Virus record (IMG/VR): IMGVR_UViG_3300025875_000025
Location: 1-60,297 of that record
From: a virus
Taxonomy: Duplodnaviria > Caudoviricetes
Length of the DNA: 60,297 nucleotides
Strand: one strand, 5' to 3'
In this document: positions 19,437-27,915 of the stretch, in pieces
How the letters are laid out: each line of letters opens with the position of its first letter
Position numbering within the stretch: position 1 is the stretch's first letter
Made by a program: the position numbers and the translations under genes
Notes under the pieces: model-generated
Databases searched by the model: none
Told to the model about the DNA's origin: nothing
What the model saw: only the letters and a program-made list of their open reading frames with translations

Positions 19437-19618
19437 TTTTTCCCTCCCCGTCGCGTCGTGCCTTTCAGCCCCAGATAGCCGTGCTTTCGGAGCCATTCGG
19501 CCACGATCATCTCCGCCAGCGATGAGGACGTCCGATCTTCGCCCCGCGCCGCCTGCTCCAGCCCTTCCTTCACCTCCGGGCGCCACCGGAACCCCACCCG
19601 CCCGGTCTTCTCTGCCAT
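19433..19618 (-). CDS. Ribbon-helix-helix (Arc-like) regulator
   Basis: VGFRWRPEVKEGLEQAARGEDRTSSSLAEMIV. Confidence 0.75.
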   Translation of the reverse strand: MAEKTGRVGFRWRPEVKEGLEQAARGEDRTSSSLAEMIVAEWLRKHGYLGLKGTTRRGGKK

Positions 19619-19762
19619 TCTGCGCGCCCTGCATCTTTCGCTCTCTTGTGGCTAACAATGTTGGACATATTGGCGCATGACGTGGCATAGTTCAAGCACG
19701 ATGAAGAAGCGGATGGGGCGTGGAGCCTTGGCTGCTTCGAGTAACCGCTGAAGGAGGCACCG

Positions 19763-20152
19763 ATGGGCTGCGACATAAACTCCTTTGCCGAGCGCCGGTC
19801 TGACGATCGTTGGCAGGAAGTCCGCACAGAGCGGGAGCCGTTTGGTGGCCGCAATTACAACCTCTTCGGCTTCCTCGCGGGGGTGCGGGACTACTCCACC
19901 GTGCGGCCCATCGTTGCGCCGCGAGGCACGCCCTCCGACGCGAGCGCAAACGTGCGGGAGCAGCTAGAGGACTGCCACTGTTGCTCCTGGCTCTCTGTCG
20001 CGGAGCTGTCCACCTTCGACTACGACCAGCGCGTGCCGGGAGAGGGCGAGATGACGACCTTCCGCGACATCCTGGGGCCGCAGTTCTTCGATGACCTTGC
20101 GATGCTCCAAGAGGCCGGCGCCGAGCGGGTGGTCTTCGGCTTTGATACTTAG
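19763..20152 (+). CDS. Conserved phage hypothetical protein
   Basis: MGCDI..RNYNLFGFLAGVR..PRGTP.D..RVVFGFD; AAGGAGG RBS. Confidence 0.75.
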   Translation: MGCDINSFAERRSDDRWQEVRTEREPFGGRNYNLFGFLAGVRDYSTVRPIVAPRGTPSDASANVREQLEDCHCCSWLSVAELSTFDYDQRVPGEGEMTTFRDILGPQFFDDLAMLQEAGAERVVFGFDT

Positions 20153-20182
20153 GTTTTCTCAAATCCTCCGAAGGAGGCACCT

Positions 20183-20380
20183 ATGGTCGAAACTGACCCC
20201 ATAGCCGCAGCCGGAGACGCCATCGGGCGCGAGGTGGCGCGGTTACAGGCGGAGAATGCACGGCTCCGGGGCGCTTTGGACAAGATCGCGAGGAGCGACG
20301 GAAATGGTCGTTGGAGCCCGACAAGCGACGGCCATTCCTTCTGCATAGAGACAGCCATCGGTGCCCTTGCGTCTCAATAA
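20183..20380 (+). CDS. Hypothetical coiled-coil protein
   Basis: RBS duplicated from the previous gene. Confidence 0.55.
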   Translation: MVETDPIAAAGDAIGREVARLQAENARLRGALDKIARSDGNGRWSPTSDGHSFCIETAIGALASQ

Positions 20381-20390
20381 CCCCCAAACG

Positions 20391-20426
20391 CAAAAGGCCG
20401 GCAGGTCACTCCGCCGGCCTTCTCTA
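20391..20426. terminator. Bidirectional terminator
   Basis: AAGGCCGGC...GCCGGCCTT between convergent genes. Confidence 0.65.
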
Positions 20427-20428
20427 CG

Positions 20429-21052
20429 TCATGCAGCCCGCTTGCGCCGCACGATCCCCAGTCCAAGCAACCCCGCGCCGAACAGCGCCAGGGACGCGGG
20501 CTCGGGCACGGGCGTCATCGTCGTCGTGACCGCCCCGCCGAAGGTGCAGAGCGGCTGCGTGCAGCCCTGGTTGAAGTCGGCACCGTAAGTGGCGGTGAAG
20601 GACGTGCCGGTGAAGTCGAAGGTGAATTCGACCTCGGTGTTAAGGAAGTCGATCGTGCCTGTCAGGCCCGTCGCCGCGCTACCGGCCAGCGAGAAGTTGG
20701 CGAAAAGGTTGCTGGCGTTCTGGTTCATGGGAACCAGGAAGTTGGGAAGGCTGAAGCTCGCCTTCTCGTTGGCACTCGTCAGGCTCAGCCCGACCAGCCC
20801 GGACAGGGACGACGAGACGAAGGGAGCATCGCTGCCGTTCGTGACCTGGTAGCTGAAGCCGTCCCGATAGGCGGCATCGGTGACGATCAGTTCGCCGTTG
20901 AAGGTAAGATCCGGCACCGGAATGCCGTTGATGTTGGAGCCCACCAGCGGGCCGACCTGAGTGAAGTCGAAGATCACATTGGCCTGGGCAGGTACGGCCA
21001 CAGAAGCCAGCGCCAGCGCGGCAGCCGCGGCCACCGTCGTTACGAATTTCAT
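20429..21052 (-). CDS. Secreted PEP-CTERM (exosortase substrate) protein
   Basis: Signal peptide ending AQA; C-terminal VPEPASLALFGAGLLGLGIVRRKR. Confidence 0.92.
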   Translation of the reverse strand: MKFVTTVAAAAALALASVAVPAQANVIFDFTQVGPLVGSNINGIPVPDLTFNGELIVTDAAYRDGFSYQVTNGSDAPFVSSSLSGLVGLSLTSANEKASFSLPNFLVPMNQNASNLFANFSLAGSAATGLTGTIDFLNTEVEFTFDFTGTSFTATYGADFNQGCTQPLCTFGGAVTTTMTPVPEPASLALFGAGLLGLGIVRRKRAA

Positions 21053-21093
21053 GGTTCTTCCCCGGGTGCTTGCTGCACCTGGGGCGGGGCAAC

Positions 21094-21187
21094 GCATGTT
21101 CCGGGCCAGATTCTGCGGGCCTTGTCTTACAATGGGCTAGGAATCCCGGTCCGCGAGATTCAACCGGAGGTGGCAAGATTTCCGACA
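21094..21187 (-). promoter_or_regulatory. Sigma54 promoter plus upstream enhancer-like site
   Basis: TGGCCCGGAACATGC (GG-N10-GC) at 21108-21094; TGGCAAGATTTCCGACA at 21171-21187 (+). Confidence 0.6.
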
Positions 21188-21197
21188 GGGGAGGGGG

Positions 21198-21848
21198 TCA
21201 GCCTCCAGCCATCGCGAGGGCCTTGGCGCGCACGGCCTCCACGCGGCGGGTCCAGCCCTTCTGGAAAGTCTCCCACGCATCGAGTTGCCGCAGGTAGTCC
21301 AGCCGCAGGGTGCAGATCTTCTGGATGAGGTCAGCCGGGTCGAAAAGGCTCATCGCCGCCAGGGTGAGCGGCCCCACGGCCCCGTCGGGATTTACGCCCA
21401 GTTTGCGCTGGATCTCCCGGATGGCGCCGCCGCTGTTCACGGCGAAATCAAGCACCGCCAAGTCCACCCCGGCGGGCATCTGGTCACATCGGTTCCGGAG
21501 CCAGTAGTTCGCCCGATACACATCCCTGGCCTCAGCTAACGTCAGGTTTCGCACGTCCGTCACGCTTACATCAGCATTGCGCCAAGCGGCCAGCGTCGCG
21601 TGGGTGATGCCCATGTTGGTGGCGCCTCCCGCGTCATTGGGGTTGTTCGCGAAGCCCCCTTCGTTTGTCAGCACCACGGCAATGCAAGCATCGAAGCGGG
21701 CTGTCGCCGCAGTCGGGGCAGGCTTCGGAGGAAGCGTGACCGGCGCAGTCCGCGCCATCGCCGCCGCTATGTCGGCCTGATAAGCGGCCGGGAGCATCGC
21801 GATCAGAGCCGCGAGTTGTGCAATGATGGGCTCGGCTTGTCCGGTCAT
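21198..21848 (-). CDS. Endolysin, glycoside hydrolase 108 with peptidoglycan-binding domain
   Basis: EGGFANNPNDAGGATNMGIT, DFAVNSG, DGAVGPLTL, FQKGWTRR. Confidence 0.92.
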   Translation of the reverse strand: MTGQAEPIIAQLAALIAMLPAAYQADIAAAMARTAPVTLPPKPAPTAATARFDACIAVVLTNEGGFANNPNDAGGATNMGITHATLAAWRNADVSVTDVRNLTLAEARDVYRANYWLRNRCDQMPAGVDLAVLDFAVNSGGAIREIQRKLGVNPDGAVGPLTLAAMSLFDPADLIQKICTLRLDYLRQLDAWETFQKGWTRRVEAVRAKALAMAGG

Positions 21849-22020
21849 GGGCCGACACCGCACACGCGCGCAATCCGCTTCCAAATTTCCATCAAGGAAA
21901 TCCTTCCGGTACAGCTATGTGATGTGAAAACCGGGGCTGTGCCGGGCATAATATTGCGGGCCGAACGAGTGTTGCTGCACTCGCCCGGCCCTAACCGCCA
22001 CATCCTGACAAGAGGACGCA

Positions 22021-22680
22021 ATGGCTCAGCCAAGGATACGCACGAAGGTGGCCGTTGGCCATCGGTTTGGACGTTTGGTGGTCACAGAGATATCGCGAGG
22101 CGATGACGGAAGATTGCTCGCTAACGCTGTCTGTGACTGCGGCGGACGCACGCTAAAGCGGGTCAAAAGCCTACTCGATAAGGGTGCAAAAAGTTGCGGC
22201 TGCTTGCGGAGCGAGGCTCGTCATCAACGCACGCACGGAGAGACCTTGCGTAAGAATCCATCCGCAGAATACAATTCTTGGATCGGCATGAAGGGGCGCT
22301 GCAATAACCCCAATCACCCCCGCTGGAATGACTACGGCGGAAGGGGGATCACGGTTTGTAGCAAATGGGACGAGGACTTCTCTGCGTTTCTCTCTGACAT
22401 GGGGCGCCGCCCATCCGCCCACCACACGTTAGATCGTATAGACAACAATAAGGGCTATGAGCCCGCGAATTGCCGATGGGCAACGAAGCAGGAGCAAAGC
22501 TCCAACACCCGTAGAGCCCTTCGGATCAATCTTGATGGAGATTTGGTTTCTCTCCGGGAGGCATACGCCAGAACGGGCATTACGCCTGCGACAATCGCAG
22601 AAAGGCGTCGCAAGGGTTGCCCGGAAAACCTCCTTTGCGCTCCACTCAACTCCGTTCGCTTGGCTTCCAGGGCTGGTTAA
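22021..22680 (+). CDS. HNH homing-type endonuclease, counter-oriented
   Basis: CDCG, SCGC, MKGRC..YGGRGI, LDRIDNNKGYEPANCRWAT. Confidence 0.9.
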   Translation: MAQPRIRTKVAVGHRFGRLVVTEISRGDDGRLLANAVCDCGGRTLKRVKSLLDKGAKSCGCLRSEARHQRTHGETLRKNPSAEYNSWIGMKGRCNNPNHPRWNDYGGRGITVCSKWDEDFSAFLSDMGRRPSAHHTLDRIDNNKGYEPANCRWATKQEQSSNTRRALRINLDGDLVSLREAYARTGITPATIAERRRKGCPENLLCAPLNSVRLASRAG

Positions 22681-23374
22681 AATCGTCAGTGGACGTGCCT
22701 GCGGGCACCCGAATGCGCGGCCGCTGTATCTGTGCAACCGCAGGGGCCATTAAGTCATCTGCGGTTGTCCCAGGCGGGGACGGTGAGCGCGCGACTTCAA
22801 CATTCACGTCGCCCGTCGTTGCGATGGCTGGAGGCGACTGAGGTTGCGGGGTGCGGAAGTTGGAAAGGGTGGCCGCAAGGGCTGCCCGGTCGGAGTTAGC
22901 GGCGTTGGAGGCGGTGGAGTTACCGTAGAAAAACCCCATCACGGTCCCGAAGACGGTTGCCAGGAAGGGGTCAATGGAGAAGCCCCGATTGGTAAAGAGT
23001 GGGGCTAGGGCATTGATGGCGATCACAGCCACGATGACGGAACCGAAGATCACCTGCGCCCACGCAATCATGGTTGACTTGCCGGTGAGCTCGCGCGCGT
23101 TAGCCGTGTCAGTGACGGCCGCCTTAAAAGTCTCCAGCCGCGACTGCTCCGCCGCCGCCTCCCGCTGCGCCGCAATCTCGGCCAGGCGCACCCGGATCGC
23201 GCCCAGCTTCTCCGGGTCCTGAAGCGCGACCTGCGCCTGCACCGGGTCACTCGTGCCCAGGACGGCCTGCGCCACGTCCACGACCTGCGCGGCCGCGGTG
23301 CCGGCCCGATCCCCGGCCAACAGCTTGGCCACTTCTGGAATCAACCCGGCGAGCAGGGGGATGAGGGCCAGCAT
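22646..23374 (-). CDS. Holin-like membrane protein
   Basis: Amphipathic N-terminus, coiled coil, D.ANAR, two TMs ending GFFYGNS; upstream of endolysin. Confidence 0.65.
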   Translation of the reverse strand: MLALIPLLAGLIPEVAKLLAGDRAGTAAAQVVDVAQAVLGTSDPVQAQVALQDPEKLGAIRVRLAEIAAQREAAAEQSRLETFKAAVTDTANARELTGKSTMIAWAQVIFGSVIVAVIAINALAPLFTNRGFSIDPFLATVFGTVMGFFYGNSTASNAANSDRAALAATLSNFRTPQPQSPPAIATTGDVNVEVARSPSPPGTTADDLMAPAVAQIQRPRIRVPAGTSTDDFNQPWKPSERS

Positions 23375-23529
23375 CACACCCTCCCCAAGATCATCAGGAC
23401 CACGATCGCAGCCAGCGCCAGCCCGAACAGCCCGGACGGGGCCCACCCGCTGCCCCAATGTGCGGAGTGCGGCCACGACGGCAGGCACAGCACGACCAAG
23501 ACGAGCATCAGCAGTGCTATCCCCAGCAT
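23374..23529 (-). CDS. DUF3309-like small membrane protein
   Basis: LPSWPHSAHWG..APSGLFGL. Confidence 0.6.
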   Translation of the reverse strand: MLGIALLMLVLVVLCLPSWPHSAHWGSGWAPSGLFGLALAAIVVLMILGRV

Positions 23530-23606
23530 AGGAACCTCCGGATTGTCGGGAGCCGGAAGCCGACCGGCGGCGGGGTTAAAACAGCCGTTTGCGGGCGGCG
23601 CTCACG

Positions 23607-24374
23607 TCAAACCAAGGCGTAGCGGTCGGCCAGATACGTCTCGACGTTGGCCAGCAATGTTGCGTTCAGGTGGATGGCCGTGTTGAAGATCATCCACTCG
23701 AAGATCTGCGCGCCAGCCGAGTTTGCGGCAGCGGCATCGCCACGCCCCAAAACCTTGAGCTTAGAACTGGTATTCTCATTCGCAACGCTGGTCTTGGTGC
23801 CTGCCAAACTCCGGTTCAGCCGAAGATTGGCAACCTTCGTGGCGAAGTCGTAGCTATAAATGCCGATGTGCGGTGCCGTGGGGGCCACGACGACCGTGCT
23901 GGTAATCTGGCTGACACCGCCCACACCGACCGTCACCTTATCGTCGGCGACCCGGTGCCACATGTATGTGTTCGACGCGCCGCCGGAATTGAGGAGGTAG
24001 CTGTCGTTTGTGCCGCGTCGGCCGACATAGACGAGCGAGAAGCTGGCATTGACCGGAAACAGGTTGGCGCCGCCGTCACCGAGGTCCCCGATGGTGCCCG
24101 CCGTCGTGCCGGCCTGGAGTGCCGCCCGGCCGTTGTGCGCGCTGGCAACGACGGTTGGACTGTCAGTACCCGTGTCGGGCACCATTCGGTTGTGCCCCTT
24201 GCGCCCGATGATCTGGAACGTGGAGCCGGTGCCAACAACGCCGGTATCCGCCGTCCACCAATCCACCAGCGAGCTTGCGGCGTAGATCGCCTTCATGTCC
24301 GCGCTGATCGTGGGCAGGGACGGAAGCAACCCGGAACCAACCGGGCCACCTGAGATGGGAGTGAATACGGCCAT
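23607..24374 (-). CDS. Tail-associated beta-sandwich (LamG-like) protein
   Basis: WWTAD...IFEWMIFN...VETYLADRY. Confidence 0.55.
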   Translation of the reverse strand: MAVFTPISGGPVGSGLLPSLPTISADMKAIYAASSLVDWWTADTGVVGTGSTFQIIGRKGHNRMVPDTGTDSPTVVASAHNGRAALQAGTTAGTIGDLGDGGANLFPVNASFSLVYVGRRGTNDSYLLNSGGASNTYMWHRVADDKVTVGVGGVSQITSTVVVAPTAPHIGIYSYDFATKVANLRLNRSLAGTKTSVANENTSSKLKVLGRGDAAAANSAGAQIFEWMIFNTAIHLNATLLANVETYLADRYALV

Positions 24375-24386
24375 GAGTTGGTCCTC

Positions 24387-26426
24387 TCAGAGCTTGGGCA
24401 GGGGGCGGACTTCGACGCACGCCCAATGGTGAAGGGGCTGGTTTCCGGGCATGGCTGAGAGGCCGAGGCGCCGCCATTCGCGCACCAGCCCGCGTGCGCC
24501 GTAGGGATTGCCGTTGGCGAGGCCGGTTGAGCGGGTGGCGTAGTGGAGGCGCGGCCGGAGCGTCGGCGCAGAGGCCAGCGTCAACCGGATGTCCGTGGTC
24601 GCCGCGCTGGCAGTGATCGTGGTTGCGCCCGGGAAGGTGATGGATAGTTCCGAGGCAGAGGCGCCCGAGAACCGTGCCGCGATGGCCGCCGCTACCTCGG
24701 CCAGACCGTCGCCAAGATCAGCGTAGACATCGGCCCGGACACCATCGACCGTGACGCCCACACCGATTGGCGTGTCATCCCCGTTGGTTCGGATGCTGCG
24801 CGTCGTCTCGGTGTAGGGTCCGAGCGTCAGGACATTGCCCAAAACTGTGAAGGTTAGGGCCGCGGGCTTCGGTGTGACGGCCGAGATCGTCACGACGGCG
24901 CCGTTGTCGGTCACGTCGTAGCCCGAGGCTGGGAGGCCACTGGTGGAGATCGTGCCGGAAGCGTCCACCACCACCGGGCGCGAGTAGCGGAGCGTCAGGA
25001 CGGGCGTGCTGCCCCCTGTGCTCCACCAAGCGTCGTCAATCCGCACCGGAACATGCCCGTCGCCCACCAACTCGTCGCCCATGGCGTAGCCCTGCGTCTC
25101 ACCGATGACCGCGAACCCGGCAGCCGTTGGGTGGGCGCTGTCGGCCTCCGTGTGGGTGGCGTAGTAGATCGGCCCCATCAGCCGGACATACGGATCACGG
25201 TCGGCGGCGTAGATCAGGCCGCAAGCCGTGCCACATTCGCTCGGGGTGGAGGCGCCCCGTGTCGGCTGCGTGACGAACAGGCGAACCGGCTCCTTCTGGC
25301 CGGTGATCGCCACTACATCCTCCTGCAAGTCGCGCCGGAATTGCAGCATGTCGCGCCCGTAAGCCTCGGCAGTGCGGAACACATCCGCCTCGCCGTGGCG
25401 CGTCCAGATGCCCGGCGCGACCAACTTGCGCCCTTGAGCTTGCGCCAGCGCCGCGCCGCGTTCCACGAAGCGCAGGAGGTCGGCATAGACGGATGTGCCG
25501 CGCCGGAGGGTTTCGTACTGCGCCCCGCCGGCCGCCGCGACCGCCCAAAGCATCCGACGCTTGAAGCCGAGCCGGGCCTGGAGGCGGGACTGAATGATAT
25601 TGAACATACGCGGCCCGGCCGTTTCGACAGGGCGCGGGGTCGTGACGTTGCGGAGATCCACGAACGACGTGATCGCGGCCGCCTCGGGAAATGGCCCCGC
25701 GTTGAACATGAGGGACCAGCCGGGGTCCAGGGCGGTCGTCGTAACCGGCACGTCGCCGGGGTTCGTGCCGATCTGGGCAAGAGCGAGCGACTGGCCCCAG
25801 CCGAGAAGCATGAGGATCGTGTCGTCGGCAACCTGGGCAGTCGTGGCGTCCAGTGCTTCATAGGCGTAGGCAGGGGCTGCCCCGCCGACAGTCCCGCTTC
25901 CGGTGCCGAGATTGGCGAGGACGCCGTTGACGACGCCCACAACCTCGCCGTCCACGGTGGTGCCGCCCACGATCTTCCCGGCGCTGTCGTAGCCGACGCG
26001 GGCGAAGTTGAAGCCGCCGGCGCTGATCAACGGCCCGGCAAAGCCAGCGGTCGCCTGAAGATCCGAGACAACCGCCGCGCTGGCCGGCGTGTAACCAAGC
26101 GTGGTGGTTAGGGCGGATAACGTGAGTGGAGAGGCCGGGCCGAACGCCGCGCCGTCCCAGGTGATGAGGCGGCCATTAATGTCGAACCCGCCAATGAATT
26201 GGCCGCCATTGCTGGCGTATAGGAGGGTGGTGAAGTGATACCCACCCAGGGTGACAAGAGGACCGGCATAGCCACCCTGAGCGACCGCGAAAGCCGCTTC
26301 GGCCGAGGCTTTGGATGCCGCCGCTTGATCACGATACGCCTGCGTGATCTGAGCGTCGGATGCGACCTGCGTTGCCTTGGCGGTGATCGCCGCTAAGTTA
26401 GGCGTACGCCTAATGATGCCCGTCAT
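24387..26426 (-). CDS. Tail-associated SGNH/sialate O-acetylesterase-like protein
   Basis: GWGQSL, HGEAD, DSAHP motifs. Confidence 0.65.
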   Translation of the reverse strand: MTGIIRRTPNLAAITAKATQVASDAQITQAYRDQAAASKASAEAAFAVAQGGYAGPLVTLGGYHFTTLLYASNGGQFIGGFDINGRLITWDGAAFGPASPLTLSALTTTLGYTPASAAVVSDLQATAGFAGPLISAGGFNFARVGYDSAGKIVGGTTVDGEVVGVVNGVLANLGTGSGTVGGAAPAYAYEALDATTAQVADDTILMLLGWGQSLALAQIGTNPGDVPVTTTALDPGWSLMFNAGPFPEAAAITSFVDLRNVTTPRPVETAGPRMFNIIQSRLQARLGFKRRMLWAVAAAGGAQYETLRRGTSVYADLLRFVERGAALAQAQGRKLVAPGIWTRHGEADVFRTAEAYGRDMLQFRRDLQEDVVAITGQKEPVRLFVTQPTRGASTPSECGTACGLIYAADRDPYVRLMGPIYYATHTEADSAHPTAAGFAVIGETQGYAMGDELVGDGHVPVRIDDAWWSTGGSTPVLTLRYSRPVVVDASGTISTSGLPASGYDVTDNGAVVTISAVTPKPAALTFTVLGNVLTLGPYTETTRSIRTNGDDTPIGVGVTVDGVRADVYADLGDGLAEVAAAIAARFSGASASELSITFPGATTITASAATTDIRLTLASAPTLRPRLHYATRSTGLANGNPYGARGLVREWRRLGLSAMPGNQPLHHWACVEVRPLPKL

Positions 26427-26758
26427 TGGCCGATCATCCAGTTGATGGGGCCAGACGAGAAGGCGGAGCACCGAAACCGCCAGTAAACGCCCTCCTGCGG
26501 TTCCGTCAGGATTGTGCTCACGCCTGCCCCCCATGAAATGGCAAGTCCGTCGATGTCAGTGAATGGCAGCCAAGTGCCGCCACCATCGAAGCTCCGCTCA
26601 ACCACGACCGTCCCGCCGAAGGTGTTCGCTGGGGCAACCCAAAGCGACACGTTAAAGTCGCCGCGGCGCACAAGCTGGACGCCCAAGCCGTTGCTGGTCG
26701 CGCTGAATGAGCCGGTGCCGATGACATAGCCGGCCCCGCGTCCGCCTTCGATGGGCAT
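26423..26758 (-). CDS. Small virion structural protein
   Basis: FGGTVVVERSFDGGGTW...WRFRC. Confidence 0.6.
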   Translation of the reverse strand: MPIEGGRGAGYVIGTGSFSATSNGLGVQLVRRGDFNVSLWVAPANTFGGTVVVERSFDGGGTWLPFTDIDGLAISWGAGVSTILTEPQEGVYWRFRCSAFSSGPINWMIGQ

Positions 26759-26805
26759 GGGCGCATTCCTTGATTGGGTGTTGGGGGAGCCGCCCGGAGG
26801 CGGTG

Positions 26806-27564
26806 CTAGGTTCGGCCGGGCACTATCGGCCGCCAGACAGTCGGGGCATCCTCAAGTGCGCCTGGACGCGCGGAGCCAAGCCGGCTTTCCAGCCGTTCCT
26901 GCCGGCGCAGGATCTCATCAACACGCGGCAGCAGCCCCGCGATTGACTGTGCTAGCGCCTGCAAACGCTCCGCTCCGCTTTGGTCGGACAGCTCAAGACC
27001 TCGAAGCCGGTCCTTCATGGCTTGTTCCTGCTGGTCCCGGTTGCGCGTCGCCTGCTCAAATCGGCCCTCCAGCGCCAAGATGCGACCTGGCGTGGGGGCA
27101 AGCTGGGCAACCTGGGAATCCAGCAGGGTGATCTTTGCTTGGAGCGCAGAACTGTCGATCTGACGGCTGGTATAGGCGTTGAGAAGGGCGGCAGCGACGC
27201 CACCCAGAGCAGCGATGCCAACCAAAATCGCAATGATGGTCTGAAACATCGTCAGCTTCTGGGCAGTGGGAACCTTCGCCGCCATGACATCAGCGGCAAT
27301 CCTGGCCTGCTGATGTCCACGGATGTCATGGGTTGCCTGCTGCTGGGCGGCCAGCTTTGCCTGCAGGTCCGCAATCTTATCCAGCAGGGCGTCGCGGTCA
27401 GGCATGGTTGTGTCCGTGGCCTTGCTGCTGCGGATTTGTTCCCGGGTGGCTTCCAACCGCTCAGAAAGAGCGGCGACTTGTTCGCCCTGCGTCGCGTGTG
27501 CCGTGGTGGCTGCGGTCGGCGGCGTTGCGGCTGGACGACGTGTCCTCGACGAGGGCGGGGCCAC
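26806..27564 (-). CDS. Coiled-coil membrane protein
   Basis: TM IIAILVGIAALGGVAAALL flanked by coiled coils. Confidence 0.55.
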   Translation of the reverse strand: MAPPSSRTRRPAATPPTAATTAHATQGEQVAALSERLEATREQIRSSKATDTTMPDRDALLDKIADLQAKLAAQQQATHDIRGHQQARIAADVMAAKVPTAQKLTMFQTIIAILVGIAALGGVAAALLNAYTSRQIDSSALQAKITLLDSQVAQLAPTPGRILALEGRFEQATRNRDQQEQAMKDRLRGLELSDQSGAERLQALAQSIAGLLPRVDEILRRQERLESRLGSARPGALEDAPTVWRPIVPGRT

Positions 27565-27570
27565 GACTGG

Positions 27571-27891
27571 TCAGACCTTGACCTTGGCCGCAGCCTTGAA
27601 CAGGTCGGCCTTCTTCTTGGCAGTCAGCCCAAGGCCCGGCAGCGCAGACAGCTCCGTGACCAGCGGCGAGTTGATCTCGAAGACGCTCGCCTCCTTCCAG
27701 GCAAAGAGCGCGTCGCCGCCGGTCGCCTCCATGTACTCGTCCACCACATCATACATGGACTTCCCGTCCACTTTGCTCGGCGTCTTCCGCAGCGCCATCT
27801 TCGCCTGGAACGCCGTCACCTGCGGGGGCACGGGCGGGGTCAGCAACGCCTCCATCTGGAGGCGAAGCCGCTCGTTGAGGTCGTCAGCCAT
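27571..27891 (-). CDS. Tail fiber chaperone-like protein
   Basis: VPPQVTAFQAKMAL...W..A..F...SPLV...DLFKAA. Confidence 0.6.
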   Translation of the reverse strand: MADDLNERLRLQMEALLTPPVPPQVTAFQAKMALRKTPSKVDGKSMYDVVDEYMEATGGDALFAWKEASVFEINSPLVTELSALPGLGLTAKKKADLFKAAAKVKV

Positions 27892-27915
27892 GGTCGTCGT
27901 CCCTTCCCTGCCCGC

